NCBI GenBank assembly: GCA_017551725.1
Contig: JAFZKY010000021.1
Span: 2,547-66,546 of the forward strand
From: Bacteroidales bacterium
GTDB taxonomy: Bacteria; Bacteroidota; Bacteroidia; Bacteroidales; WCHB1-69
Reading direction: 5' to 3'
DNA length: 64,000 nt
Shown: piece after piece, positions 37,311 through 47,827 of the stretch
Numbering within the stretch: position 1 is the stretch's first letter
Layout: every line of letters begins with the position of its first letter
Made by a program: the position numbers and the translations under genes
The notes under the pieces: generated by a model
What the model was told of the DNA's origin: nothing
Databases searched by the model: none
Seen by the model: only the letters and a program-made list of their open reading frames with translations

Positions 37311-38435
37311 ATGGATAATTTTATTGTTTCCGCCCGAAAATACCGTCCCACCACCTTCCATTCCGTGGTGGGACAGGAGTCCATCACCACCACCTTGAAG
37401 AACGCCATCCGGACCGGCAAGGTTGCGCAGGCATTCCTGTTCTGCGGTCCGCGAGGCGTGGGCAAGACCACGTGCGCGCGCATCTTCGCCAAGGCGCTCA
37501 ACTGCGAGCACCTGACGGAGGACTGCGAACCCTGCAACACGTGTGATTCCTGCCGCGCCTTCAACGATTCGGCCTCCTTCAACGTGTTTGAGCTGGACGC
37601 GGCTTCCAACAACTCGGTGGAGGATATGCGTTCGCTGGTGGAACGGGTGCGCATACCGCCGCAAGGAGCCAAGTACAAGGTCTATATCATCGATGAGGTC
37701 CACATGCTGTCCGGTTCGGCTTTCAATGCCTTCCTCAAAACGCTGGAGGAGCCGCCCGCGTATGCCAAGTTCATCATGGCCACCACGGAGAAGCACAAGA
37801 TTATCCCTACCATCCTGTCGCGCTGCCAGGTGTATGATTTCAAGAGGATTACGGAGAACGACATCCGCAAACACCTTCAATACGTGGCCGAGCAGGAAGG
37901 TGTGACGGTGGAGGAGGAGGCGCTGCGTGTCATGGCTACCAAGGCCGACGGCGCCCTGCGCGACGCCCTCTCCATCTTCGACCAGATTGTCAGCTTCACC
38001 GGCAAGAACATCACCTACCGGCAGACCGTCGAGAACCTTAACGTCCTCGACATCGACTACTATTTCCGGGTGACGGATTTCCTGTTCAGCGAGGATGTCT
38101 CCTCGGCGCTGCTGCTGCTGGACGAGATCATCGCCAAGGGCTTCGACCCGCAGAATTTCATCGCCGGCATGGCTTCCCATTTCCGCAACCTGCTGATGGC
38201 CCAGAATCCTGCCACGGTGACTCTGCTGGAAACTTCGGATAGTATCAAACAGCAGCTCCTACAACAGTCGCAGAAAGGAGACAGGGCCTTGCTTGTCAGG
38301 GCGTTGGAGTTGGCCAACCAGTGCGACTTCAACTACAAGATGTCCAACAACAAGCGACTATCGGTGGAGTTGTGCCTGATGCAGATAAACGCCAATTACG
38401 TCTATAAAAAGGCGAGGCAATCGCAGGAGCGCTAA
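37311..38435 (+). CDS. dnaX: DNA polymerase III subunit gamma/tau, N-terminal part
   Basis: ARKYRP..F, GPRGVGKTT, ELDAASNN, IIDEVHML and TILSRCQ motifs. Start ATG at 37311 or 37302, downstream of a TATCTTTG at 37276. Confidence 0.96.
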   Translation: MDNFIVSARKYRPTTFHSVVGQESITTTLKNAIRTGKVAQAFLFCGPRGVGKTTCARIFAKALNCEHLTEDCEPCNTCDSCRAFNDSASFNVFELDAASNNSVEDMRSLVERVRIPPQGAKYKVYIIDEVHMLSGSAFNAFLKTLEEPPAYAKFIMATTEKHKIIPTILSRCQVYDFKRITENDIRKHLQYVAEQEGVTVEEEALRVMATKADGALRDALSIFDQIVSFTGKNITYRQTVENLNVLDIDYYFRVTDFLFSEDVSSALLLLDEIIAKGFDPQNFIAGMASHFRNLLMAQNPATVTLLETSDSIKQQLLQQSQKGDRALLVRALELANQCDFNYKMSNNKRLSVELCLMQINANYVYKKARQSQER

Positions 38436-38481
38436 AAATCCAGGAGACGGTGCGGAGGCCGTCAGTGCAGATGAAACCAAG

Positions 38482-39108
38482 ATGGTTACATACTCCACAA
38501 CCCCGCAGATTTCAACGAAATCATTTCTTAATCCGGGCACGCCGCCCATTCCGGAGCTGCCTTCCATCCGGGGGGTGATGGGTGGTGCACGCGTTGCGCC
38601 GCCGGAAAGCGAGGTACCAGTGCCATCCGCTGGCCCTGCCACGGCTCCGACGGTCCCGGAACCCCTTCCCGTAGAAGAGAATATTGCCCCTGCAGTCGAG
38701 ACTCCGACGGTTGAAACCCCGGTCACGGAGACGGTTGCCACAGAAGAGGCTGTCGTAGAAGATTTTGCCACCTGCTGGCACCAGCTGTTCTCGGAACTCT
38801 TTGGCAACAACTTCCTCATCTACTATAGCATGAAAGATGAAACGCCCGAGTATCAGGACGACATCATCCGCATCACGGTGAAGAACGATATCCAAAAGGA
38901 GGAGTTCGACAGCCGCCGGAAGTCCATCCTCGAATACTGGCGCAACCATTTCAAGCTGAATGTGGACGATTTGGAGATTTTCGTGGATGAACAAAAGGCG
39001 GAGAAAAAGGTCATCATCAACGCCGAGGACAAGTTGAACAATATGATGGAGCAGAATCCGCAATTGAAAGATTTTTTAGGCATTTTACAATTTAGAATAA
39101 AAGACTGA
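38482..39108 (+). CDS. DnaX tau C-terminal region in the +1 frame (Pro/Thr linker + C-terminal domain)
   Basis: Low-complexity linker, then W....LF...and the DKL..MMEQNPQL..F...LQ end typical of Bacteroidota DnaX C-termini. Frame is open from 38389. Confidence 0.75.
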   Translation: MVTYSTTPQISTKSFLNPGTPPIPELPSIRGVMGGARVAPPESEVPVPSAGPATAPTVPEPLPVEENIAPAVETPTVETPVTETVATEEAVVEDFATCWHQLFSELFGNNFLIYYSMKDETPEYQDDIIRITVKNDIQKEEFDSRRKSILEYWRNHFKLNVDDLEIFVDEQKAEKKVIINAEDKLNNMMEQNPQLKDFLGILQFRIKD

Positions 39109-39111
39109 CGT

Positions 39112-40998
39112 ATGAAAAGAATACTACTTATCGCTTTTTTGGGGCTGATCAGCATCCAACTTTACAGCCAGGTTTGGCTGAACCGCTCCGTCGTTGACGG
39201 TCGTGTGGACAGTGTATGGAGCGGCTATGGTCTCCCGCAGGGCTTCAACGGAGATGGGGTGATCATCGGTGTCACGGACTGGGGCTTCGACTACACTCAT
39301 CCTGTCTTTTACGACACCAACATGATCCGCTATCGTGTGCTGCGTGCGTGGGACCAGTTCAAGACCAGTGGTCCTGCGCCTGACGGGTATGACTATGGCA
39401 CAGAATACATCGGGCCCGAGGCGTTGCTTACCGCCCACTGTGACACCTTCAACGCCTACAGCTACGGCTACCACGGCACGCACTGTGCCTCCATCGCCGC
39501 TGGCGGCGGTGCCGGCTCCAAATACCGAGGTGTGGCGCACGAGGCTAATTTGCTCTTCTGCTCCTTCTACCTGGAAGACCCGCATTACGTGATCGATGCC
39601 TGGCGCTGGATGTACAATGTGGCCCAGCAGGAGGGTAAGCGGCTTGTCATCAGCATGAGCTGGGGCGTCTATTATATGGACAATATGGATGGCACGGGCA
39701 TGGTGGCCGATGAAATCCGCCGCCTCACCGACTTGGGTGTCCTGTTCGTCACCTCCGCTGGCAATAACGGCGATTCCCCTTTCCATATCAAGCACCTTTT
39801 TGACCAACCGGGTGACACTATTCATAGCCAGTTTCTGTTCCCCTACAATAACGGGTACCTATGGGGTTCCTCCATTACCATGATGAACTCCGCCAATAGC
39901 CCGTTTGCCTTTTCCTTCACGGTGATGAACAGTAGCCTTCAGCCCGTGGCCGAGATTCCGTTCATCAACACCGCCGGCAACGATGGGTACGTGGACACGT
40001 TCTTGGTGGTGGGCAACGACACCATCGTCTATAACTACGACATCCAATCCTGCAACAGTTACAACCAGTCGCCTATCGTGCGCTTGCGTGTTATGAAAAA
40101 TTCCAATTACAGGTTTGCGCTGGCTGCGACGGCGGATACGGGCACTTTCCATGCTTGGAATGTGGCTGAACTCACCAAGGCGTACGGCAACTGGGGTGGT
40201 GATTTTGTGAAACCGGAGGCTTATCCGGATTGGCTGGCCGGCGATATTGAATACGGCATCAGCACTCCTGGCAACGTGGACGAGGTGATTACTGTGGCCG
40301 CCCACAATGCCCGTGTCAAGACTTCTATCGGTGTATGGTCTGGTGGCGCACTGGCTGACTTCTCCAGTTCCGGCCCCTGTTTCCATGATGTGATGAAACC
40401 AGACTTGTCGGCACCGGGGCAGAACGTCGTTTCCGCCATTTCCTCCTACACCAACACATTCTCAGGAAACTATTCCAGGACTTTCACTTTTAACGGCAGG
40501 ACATACCATTTTGCTGCCTTGTCGGGTACGTCTATGTCATGTCCCTTTGTGGCCGGTGTGGCTGCGCTTATGCTGCAGGCCAATCCCTATCTCTCACCAG
40601 GTCAGATACAGGACATCCTTAACGAGACTGCCTACAATGACGAGTTTACCGCCGAGTTCGGTCCCATTCGTTTCGGGCACGGCAAGGTGGACGCCTATGC
40701 CGCCATCCTGAAAGCCCTCAACACGGTGGGTGTTCAGGACTATGTCTCCACGCCGGAATCTTCCTATACGCTGTTTCCAAACCCCACCTCCGATGACTAT
40801 TGCTACTTGACCGTCCAGAGCGATATGCCGAGCATCCAATGCACCCTGCATGACATGATGGGCCGCATTCTTTATCGCGAAACCGTCACGCCGGGTGTCA
40901 ACACCCTCAACCTCCACGGACTTCCCTCCGGCTGCTACATCCTCCGCCTCAATGACGGGCAAAAGGTTACGACGAAGAAGTTGGTGAAGAACAATTAA
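39112..40998 (+). CDS. S8 subtilisin-like serine peptidase with T9SS CTD
   Basis: IGVTDWG (Asp), HGTHCAS (His), SAGNNG and SGTSMS (Ser) motifs, CTD LFPNP...GCYILR...KKLVK. Confidence 0.93.
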   Translation: MKRILLIAFLGLISIQLYSQVWLNRSVVDGRVDSVWSGYGLPQGFNGDGVIIGVTDWGFDYTHPVFYDTNMIRYRVLRAWDQFKTSGPAPDGYDYGTEYIGPEALLTAHCDTFNAYSYGYHGTHCASIAAGGGAGSKYRGVAHEANLLFCSFYLEDPHYVIDAWRWMYNVAQQEGKRLVISMSWGVYYMDNMDGTGMVADEIRRLTDLGVLFVTSAGNNGDSPFHIKHLFDQPGDTIHSQFLFPYNNGYLWGSSITMMNSANSPFAFSFTVMNSSLQPVAEIPFINTAGNDGYVDTFLVVGNDTIVYNYDIQSCNSYNQSPIVRLRVMKNSNYRFALAATADTGTFHAWNVAELTKAYGNWGGDFVKPEAYPDWLAGDIEYGISTPGNVDEVITVAAHNARVKTSIGVWSGGALADFSSSGPCFHDVMKPDLSAPGQNVVSAISSYTNTFSGNYSRTFTFNGRTYHFAALSGTSMSCPFVAGVAALMLQANPYLSPGQIQDILNETAYNDEFTAEFGPIRFGHGKVDAYAAILKALNTVGVQDYVSTPESSYTLFPNPTSDDYCYLTVQSDMPSIQCTLHDMMGRILYRETVTPGVNTLNLHGLPSGCYILRLNDGQKVTTKKLVKNN

Positions 40999-41090
40999 CA
41001 ATTAATAATTAATAATTAACAGTTAATAATTAATAGATACTGTAATTTTTTCTTACTTTCTACTTTTAATACTTTCCTACTTTTAACCTT
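40990..41090. repeat. Bipartite tandem repeats (AAYAATT x6; TTTYYTAC-like x5)
   Basis: aacaatt aacaatt aataatt aataatt aacagtt aataatt, then tttcttac tttctac ttttaatac tttcctac ttttaacc. Confidence 0.8.
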
Positions 41091-41116
41091 ATAAACCATA
41101 CAAACCATTTACCTCC

Positions 41117-43231
41117 GTGTCATACATTATAAACGAACAGGAAGAAAACCGGGCCATCGTGCGCAAGTATCGTGAATTGCTGACGGTGGTTTACCCCAAG
41201 ACCGACAAGGACGAGCGCAAGGCCATCCGCAAGGCGTTCGTGCTGGCCACCAATGCGCACAACGGTGTGCGGCGCAAGAGCGGTGAGCCTTACATTTACC
41301 ATCCCATCGCCGTGGCCATGATTTGCTGCAAGGAGATGAACCTCGGCGCCACTTCTGTCATCTGCGCCCTGCTCCACGACGTGGTGGAGGATACGGATTA
41401 CACGTTGGAGAACATCCGCGACATGTTCGGCGACCTGGTGGCGGAAATCATCGATGGTCTTACCAAGATTGAAGACCTTGTCTTTGACAACAATATGTCG
41501 ATTCAGGCCGAGAACTTCAAGAAGATATTCCTGTCCATGTCGAAAGATGTGCGTGTCATCCTTATCAAGTTGGCTGACCGGCTCCATAACATGCGGACAT
41601 TGGATTCGATGCCGCCGGAGAAACAGTTGAAGATTGCCTCCGAGACCTCCTATTTCTACGTTCCGTTTGCGCATCGTTTGGGTCTATATACCATCAAGAG
41701 CGAGTTGGAAGATTACGCCATGAAATATACGAACCCGACGGAATACTATGCCATTGCGGAGCGGCTGAAGGGTACCGAAGAGGAACGTACACACCTCATT
41801 GAGGAGTTTGTGAAGCCTATCAAGGAAAACCTGGAGGCCAACGGCATTCATGCCGAAATTTCGTCGCGTACCAAGTCCATTTATTCCATTCAGCAGAAGA
41901 TTTTGCGCAAGAATGTGAATTTTGAAGACATCTACGACATCTTCGCCGTGCGATTTGTTTTCGACAGCCCGATAGAGGAGGAATTTGAAATCTGTTGGAA
42001 GATTTACAAGATTGTATGTCTGTTGTATCAGACCAATCCTTCCCGCGATCGCAACTTTCTCACCCATCCGAAGGCAAACGGCTATCAGTCGCTGCATTTG
42101 ACAGCCATGAGTAAGGCGGGCAAATGGGTGGAGGTGCAGATTCGTTCCAAGCGCATGGACGAGATTGCCGAAAAAGGTTTGGCCGCTCATTATAAATACA
42201 AGGAGGACGGCACGGCACCGGACGACAGCGATGTGGATGCCCGTCTGGAGGACTGGCTGCTCAAGACCCGCGAGATTTTGAAGAGCAAGGACTCCGACGC
42301 GCTGGACTTCCTCAACGAGGTGCGGTTGAACTTGGGCCTCAAGGAGGTTTACGTGTTCACTCCCAAGGGCGACATGAAGACCTTGCCAGCGGGTTCCACC
42401 GTGCTTGACCTGGCATACTCCCTGCACACGAATTTGGGCAACCACTGCATCGGTGCGAAGGTGAACTACAACATCGTGCCGCTGAACAAGACATTGGAAA
42501 ACGGCGACCAGGTGGAGATCATCACCTCCAAACGCCAGACACCGAAGGCGGAGTGGGTGGAGTTTGTGCGCACGTCCAAGGCCAAACGCAGCATCCGTGA
42601 CTTCCTGCGTGCCGAATTGCGCAATGCCGCCACACAAGAAGGTCAGAACGCCAATACAAAAAATGCAGAAACCCCAACGCCCAAAGAAATCGCTGACTTC
42701 AAACGCAAGGTGTCCGGCGAAATTGCCAACAAGACCATCGACGAGCTGATTGACGAGCAGTTGAAGACCACCCCCAGCGCCTTTATGCTGGATGGGGACT
42801 ATGAAAAAATCAAATACGTGGTTGCCACCTGCTGCAATCCCATCCCTGGCGATCAGGTGGTGGGCTTCCAGGTGGCCGACAACAAGATTGTCGTACACCA
42901 GACCTCCTGCCCGCACGCCATCGAGCAAATGTCCAAATTCGGCAACCGCATCATCAAGACCAAGTGGCGGAAAGGACAGGATGTGGCTTTCCTCTCCGGC
43001 ATCAGCCTCTCCGGCTTCGACCGCAAGGGTATGATCAAGGAGATCATTGACGTGGTTACCTCTCAGTTGGATCTGAACATCCGTTCACTCAATATTGAGA
43101 CGAAGAACAATGTGTTCACGGGCACGCTGATGCTCTATATCCAGAGTGTACGCGCGCTCACCAACCTCATTGAATCGCTTCGCCACATTGACAGTCTGGA
43201 GAAGGTGGAACGCATCGGTTACGATGCATAG
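41117..43231 (+). CDS. relA: Bifunctional (p)ppGpp synthetase/hydrolase, RelA/SpoT family
   Basis: RKSGEPY..HP, LLHDVVED, KLADRLHNMRTL, NGYQSLH, EVQIRS, TGS domain, CCNPIPGD and ACT domain. GTG start. Confidence 0.95.
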   Translation: MSYIINEQEENRAIVRKYRELLTVVYPKTDKDERKAIRKAFVLATNAHNGVRRKSGEPYIYHPIAVAMICCKEMNLGATSVICALLHDVVEDTDYTLENIRDMFGDLVAEIIDGLTKIEDLVFDNNMSIQAENFKKIFLSMSKDVRVILIKLADRLHNMRTLDSMPPEKQLKIASETSYFYVPFAHRLGLYTIKSELEDYAMKYTNPTEYYAIAERLKGTEEERTHLIEEFVKPIKENLEANGIHAEISSRTKSIYSIQQKILRKNVNFEDIYDIFAVRFVFDSPIEEEFEICWKIYKIVCLLYQTNPSRDRNFLTHPKANGYQSLHLTAMSKAGKWVEVQIRSKRMDEIAEKGLAAHYKYKEDGTAPDDSDVDARLEDWLLKTREILKSKDSDALDFLNEVRLNLGLKEVYVFTPKGDMKTLPAGSTVLDLAYSLHTNLGNHCIGAKVNYNIVPLNKTLENGDQVEIITSKRQTPKAEWVEFVRTSKAKRSIRDFLRAELRNAATQEGQNANTKNAETPTPKEIADFKRKVSGEIANKTIDELIDEQLKTTPSAFMLDGDYEKIKYVVATCCNPIPGDQVVGFQVADNKIVVHQTSCPHAIEQMSKFGNRIIKTKWRKGQDVAFLSGISLSGFDRKGMIKEIIDVVTSQLDLNIRSLNIETKNNVFTGTLMLYIQSVRALTNLIESLRHIDSLEKVERIGYDA

Positions 43232-43260
43232 ACGAGAACACTTTCATATATGCGAACACG

Positions 43261-43295
43261 AAAACGGGCGGTTTAATCCGCCCGTTTTGTTTTTT
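43261..43295. terminator. Terminator between convergent relA and the T9SS substrate gene
   Basis: aaaacgggcgg / ccgcccgtttt stem followed by T-rich sequence. Confidence 0.85.
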
Positions 43296-43311
43296 ATAAA
43301 AAAGAGTTGCA

Positions 43312-45066
43312 CTAACGCACCACCACTTTCTTCGTGGTTTTGCCCGAGAGGGTCGTGACGGTCACCATGTAGGTGCCGGCGGTGAGGCGGCTGGCGTCGA
43401 GGATGATGTGACTGTCGTTGTATTCGTTGTCCATCATCTTCTGTCCGGCCAGGTTGAAGACTTCCACCCGGAGGATGCGGTCGGCAGAGATTTGTACCTG
43501 ATCCACTGTCGGGTTAGGATAGAGCGACACGGCGATGCGGTTGTGCTCATCCACCTCCACGTTGGTGATGGTCAGTGTTACCGGCACCACCACCTCCTTG
43601 TTGTTGAAGTCGGAGGAGTAGCAGTGTAGCTTGGCTGTATGTGTCTCTCCAAGTGCCATGCCAGAGGCGTTCGCCGTGATGGTGGGAGATGCGGTCCCGC
43701 CGGCGGCGATGGAACCCGTTGCCGGACTGACAGTTAGCCACGGGGTGATGGGCGTGCCGTCAATAAAGCCTACAATGGAGAGAGCGTATTCAAAGTTGGT
43801 AAAGTGTTTGTGCCATGTGTTTCCTGTTCTGTACCAAGCATTGTAATCGTCGGCATAGGTGTATTCGTCCATGGAAATCGGGAATGCGCCTACCGGCTGG
43901 TCAATCCAGGCGCCGAACCAAAGGTCACTTCCGTCAATGAGAACAGGTGTGGTCAAAGTGACATAGTTCCATCCATCAACCGGAACGAATGTCTGCTCGT
44001 ACAGCATTTCGCCCGGGCCTTCCTCCCAAAGAGGGTTGCTCATGCCAAACACCCTGATTTTGGCACCTGTTAAGGTGTCGCCATTGTTCAAATACACTGC
44101 AATCATCTGGAGAGTCTCTCCAATATGCGATTGGAGCGAGGAGGAAGGGAATCCGACGGCGAGGTCTAATTGGGTGGCGGCGTTGGTAAAGCCGATATAG
44201 TTTGTGGCATCGGTAGTATAAGCCAGCTGGGTGCCACCTGTCGAGGTTGTGTTGGGGTTGGGGATGTCGTAGGTGGCGACAATCTTGTAGTCGGTGGCGG
44301 CAGTGCCGGAGTTGGAGAATTCGGTGGTCATGGTGCCTGTCGTGTTCGGGGCGAGAGAGGTTGACAGGGTGGTGGGATTCACCGCGAACTCACCCACCAA
44401 TGCGGCGCTCACCTCCGTCACGGTGAAGTCGTCCACATAGTAGGTTCCAGTTCCGCTGGGCGCGCCAGCATACAGGTCGATGCCTGCCAGTTGGTTGACT
44501 CCGCCGGTGGTGAGTTCACTGGTGTAATGGAACGGCCATGTGTGCACCATCACGTTATAGATGGACAGGGAAGTCTGGTCCTGGTCAAGGTCCACATCCA
44601 TCACCACCGGGAACCATGCATTGGAGGGGTATGAGAAAGGGATGGAATCACCACCCACGGTGAGGTATCCCGTGCCATTGTTGTAGAAATAGCACTCATA
44701 CGACCATTGTTGCAGCAGCACGTGCTGGATGTTGAAATAGGCTCCGTTGCCTGTGCTGGGTATGTACATGTTGAATGTGACAGTGTAATGGCCTGTGGTG
44801 TAGTTGCCGAATGGATATACCTGGTCGGCGGAGCCTGAAATGAGCAGCGAGTTAGGTTGAGAGGCAGCTTGTGCGTTGGTGATCACACCGTCTTCCGATG
44901 AGCCAGGCAGATTGTTCCATGTGGTCCAGACAGAATTGCTTTGTGCAAGATGACTGCCCACCGTATAGGTGTCAAAATTGTCGCTGAATACGACGGTCTG
45001 TGCCATGCCGAAAGAAACGGCGGCAAGCATCAGAAAGGAAAAGAATACGATTTTTTTCATACGCAT
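43312..45066 (-). CDS. T9SS type A CTD-containing secreted protein of unknown function
   Basis: Signal peptide, beta-rich domains, a BACON-like WLTVSP.TGSI.AG segment, and CTD LYPNPT...FNLAGQ...GTYMV...KKVVVR. Confidence 0.82.
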   Translation of the reverse strand: MRMKKIVFFSFLMLAAVSFGMAQTVVFSDNFDTYTVGSHLAQSNSVWTTWNNLPGSSEDGVITNAQAASQPNSLLISGSADQVYPFGNYTTGHYTVTFNMYIPSTGNGAYFNIQHVLLQQWSYECYFYNNGTGYLTVGGDSIPFSYPSNAWFPVVMDVDLDQDQTSLSIYNVMVHTWPFHYTSELTTGGVNQLAGIDLYAGAPSGTGTYYVDDFTVTEVSAALVGEFAVNPTTLSTSLAPNTTGTMTTEFSNSGTAATDYKIVATYDIPNPNTTSTGGTQLAYTTDATNYIGFTNAATQLDLAVGFPSSSLQSHIGETLQMIAVYLNNGDTLTGAKIRVFGMSNPLWEEGPGEMLYEQTFVPVDGWNYVTLTTPVLIDGSDLWFGAWIDQPVGAFPISMDEYTYADDYNAWYRTGNTWHKHFTNFEYALSIVGFIDGTPITPWLTVSPATGSIAAGGTASPTITANASGMALGETHTAKLHCYSSDFNNKEVVVPVTLTITNVEVDEHNRIAVSLYPNPTVDQVQISADRILRVEVFNLAGQKMMDNEYNDSHIILDASRLTAGTYMVTVTTLSGKTTKKVVVR

Positions 45067-45175
45067 TGGTTTTAAGGTTAATACATATTAAGATTGCGGC
45101 AAAGATAAAAAATATTTATTTAGTATAAACCATAGTTTTTTTGTATTTTTGCAATTTCATAAAACTCTTTGGACA

Positions 45176-46036
45176 ATGCAAACACGAATCGCCATCTTAG
45201 GATATGGAAACATAGGCAAGGCCGTGGAACAGGCCGTGCTGGCCGCCGACGACATGCAGCTGGCGGGCATTTATCATCATAACGACAACCTCGATGCCAT
45301 TGACGCGGATGTGGTGGCGCTCTGCACGCCTACCCGTCAGGTGCCCGATTTCGCGGAGAAGTTGCTGTCCCGGGGCATCGCCACGGTGGACAGCTTCGAC
45401 ATCCACGGGCAGATCTTCGACCTGCGCAAGCGTCTCGCCCTCGTCGCCAAGGAACATCGCGCGGTAAGCGTCATCGCCGCTGGCTGGGACCCCGGCTCCG
45501 ACTCCGTGGTGCGTGCGCTGCTGCTGGCCCTCGCCCCCAAAGGCATCACCTACACCAACTTCGGCCCCGGACGCAGCATGGGTCATACGGTGGCCGCCAA
45601 GGCCATCCCCGGCGTGAAGAACGCCCTCTCCATGACCATTCCGCTCGGCACGGGCATCCATCGCCGTATGGTGTATGTGGAGCTGGAAGAGGGTGCCGAT
45701 TTCGCCACCGTGGAGAAACTGCTGCTGCAGGACGATTATTTTGCTCACGACGAGACCCACGTGGTGCCGGTGCCCTCCATCGACGTGCTGAACAATGTAG
45801 CCCACGGCGTGAACCTGGTGCGCTCCGGCGTGAGCGGCGACACCCACAACCAGCGTTTCGAGTTCAACATGGAAATCAACAACCCGGCCCTCACGGGACA
45901 GGTGCTCGTGTCGTGTGCTCGTGCGGCCATGCGTATGCGCCAGGAACAGCGTTACGGCGCTTTTACCATGATTGAAATACCGCCAATTTATCTGTTGTCC
46001 GGAAACGAGGAACAGCTGATCCGGACATTGGTGTAA
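45176..46036 (+). CDS. ddh: meso-Diaminopimelate dehydrogenase
   Basis: IAILGYGNIG, TVDSFDIH, GWDPGSDS, FGPGRSMGH, HRRMVYV and NNPALTGQ motifs. Confidence 0.95.
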   Translation: MQTRIAILGYGNIGKAVEQAVLAADDMQLAGIYHHNDNLDAIDADVVALCTPTRQVPDFAEKLLSRGIATVDSFDIHGQIFDLRKRLALVAKEHRAVSVIAAGWDPGSDSVVRALLLALAPKGITYTNFGPGRSMGHTVAAKAIPGVKNALSMTIPLGTGIHRRMVYVELEEGADFATVEKLLLQDDYFAHDETHVVPVPSIDVLNNVAHGVNLVRSGVSGDTHNQRFEFNMEINNPALTGQVLVSCARAAMRMRQEQRYGAFTMIEIPPIYLLSGNEEQLIRTLV

Positions 46037-46219
46037 AAAACGGCGTTTCATTGGGCAATAGGGTGGAAATGGATGTGAGCAAGGAAGCCGGAATGGTAAT
46101 TGGATTTTGTGTCAGGATGTCTGAAAAATGATTATCTTTGCACGGTAATAAAAGACGATTCCCCGTCGCCCGGACAGGCGGGGAATTGATGATTTGTAAG
46201 CCGGAAAAAACGAAGCAAC

Positions 46220-47806
46220 ATGTACGACAACGAACGCGGGCTTTATATCGCCCATTGCGCGGAAGGCGCACTCTCCATACAAGGTAAAATGGCCAATCGG
46301 CACGGCCTCATCGCAGGTGCCACTGGAACGGGCAAGACCGTCACCTTGCAGGTGATGGCCGAGTCATTCAGCCAGGCTGGCGTGCCCTGTTTCATGGCCG
46401 ATATGAAAGGCGACCTGTCCGGCATCAGCCAGGCCGGTGCGCTCAGCAGTTTCATTGAGAAACGTATGCCGGAATTCGGCATCGAGTCGCCCCAGTTCCA
46501 AGCCTGTCCCGTGCGCTTCTATGATGTGTACGGCGTGCAGGGCCATCCGATCCGCGCCACGGTCTCCCAGATGGGTCCCCAGTTGCTGTCGCGCATCCTC
46601 GGCCTCAACGAGACGCAGGACGGCGTGCTCAACATTGTCTTCCGCATCGCCGACGATCGCGGCCTGCTGATCCTCGACCTGAAGGACCTGCGCTCCATGT
46701 TGGACTATGTTTCCAAACATGCCAAGGAGTACACCACTCGCTACGGCAACATCTCCACGGCCACGGTCGGCGCCATCCAGCGGGCGTTGCTGCAACTGGA
46801 GAACCAGGGCGCTGACAAGTTCTTCGGCGAACCCTCCTTCGACATCCACGATCTGCTGCAGACTGAGAACGGTCGCGGGGTGATGAGCGTGCTGGCTGCC
46901 GACAAGCTTATGCTGCAACCGAAACTCTACAGCACCTTCCTGCTGTGGCTTCTTTCCGAACTCTACTCAACCTTGCCCGAGGTGGGCGATCCGGATATTC
47001 CCAAGTTGGTCTTCTTCTTCGACGAGGCACACACGCTGTTCGAAGACACCTCCAAAGCCCTTACCGACAAGATTGAACAGGTCATACGCCTGATCCGAAG
47101 CAAGGGTGTCGGCGTCTATTTCATCAGCCAGTATCCCAACGACTTGCCGGAGAACATTCTCGGCCAGCTGGGCAACCGTGTGCAACACGCGCTCCGCGCC
47201 TACACACCCAAGGATCAGAAGGCTGTGCGTGTGGCTGCCGACACGTTCCGCTCTAATCCGGAGTTCAAGACAGAGGAGGCGATCTCTACCTTGGAAACGG
47301 GCGAGGCATTGGTCAGTTTCTTGGATGAGAAAGGCGCTCCCGGCATTGTGCAACGGGCCAAGATCCTCTTCCCCTTGTCTCAAATCGGAGCCATTACGGG
47401 GGACCAGCGGCAGATGAACATTCGTCAAAGCCGCATTTATGGAAAATACGATACGATGGTGGATAGCGAGAGCGCGTACGAGATGTTGATGAAAGAGGAG
47501 GAAGCGCAATCGAATCTGCCTCAGACGCAAGAAACGGATGGCAAGGTTGCCAAGACAGAAAAGGAGGCTGCCGGAACATCCAAGAAGAAAGGCATCTTCT
47601 CGAAAGTACTGAAAGCGGTCATCACGGCCCTGACAGCCACCCTGGGTACCATTGTGGGCACGGCGGTCAGCGACAAGGTGACGGGCAAGAAAACCAAATC
47701 GACGAAGAGCACGGCCGAGAAGGTGGTGAAGAACACGACCTCGGCGGCTACACGTACCATCACACGGGAGATTACCCGCGATATTCTCGGCAACCTGATC
47801 AAATAG
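46220..47806 (+). CDS. HerA-like P-loop ATPase, DUF853/YjgR family
   Basis: [40 protein letters not shown] and [12 protein letters not shown] motifs. Confidence 0.93.
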   Translation: MYDNERGLYIAHCAEGALSIQGKMANRHGLIAGATGTGKTVTLQVMAESFSQAGVPCFMADMKGDLSGISQAGALSSFIEKRMPEFGIESPQFQACPVRFYDVYGVQGHPIRATVSQMGPQLLSRILGLNETQDGVLNIVFRIADDRGLLILDLKDLRSMLDYVSKHAKEYTTRYGNISTATVGAIQRALLQLENQGADKFFGEPSFDIHDLLQTENGRGVMSVLAADKLMLQPKLYSTFLLWLLSELYSTLPEVGDPDIPKLVFFFDEAHTLFEDTSKALTDKIEQVIRLIRSKGVGVYFISQYPNDLPENILGQLGNRVQHALRAYTPKDQKAVRVAADTFRSNPEFKTEEAISTLETGEALVSFLDEKGAPGIVQRAKILFPLSQIGAITGDQRQMNIRQSRIYGKYDTMVDSESAYEMLMKEEEAQSNLPQTQETDGKVAKTEKEAAGTSKKKGIFSKVLKAVITALTATLGTIVGTAVSDKVTGKKTKSTKSTAEKVVKNTTSAATRTITREITRDILGNLIK

Positions 47807-47827
47807 TGAGCCTTTAAACAGACAAGA

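Noticed and set aside
46220-47806. HerA-like ATPase as an anti-phage defence gene
   Set aside because: It is the widespread DUF853/YjgR type within a housekeeping operon, with no SIR2 or nuclease partner.
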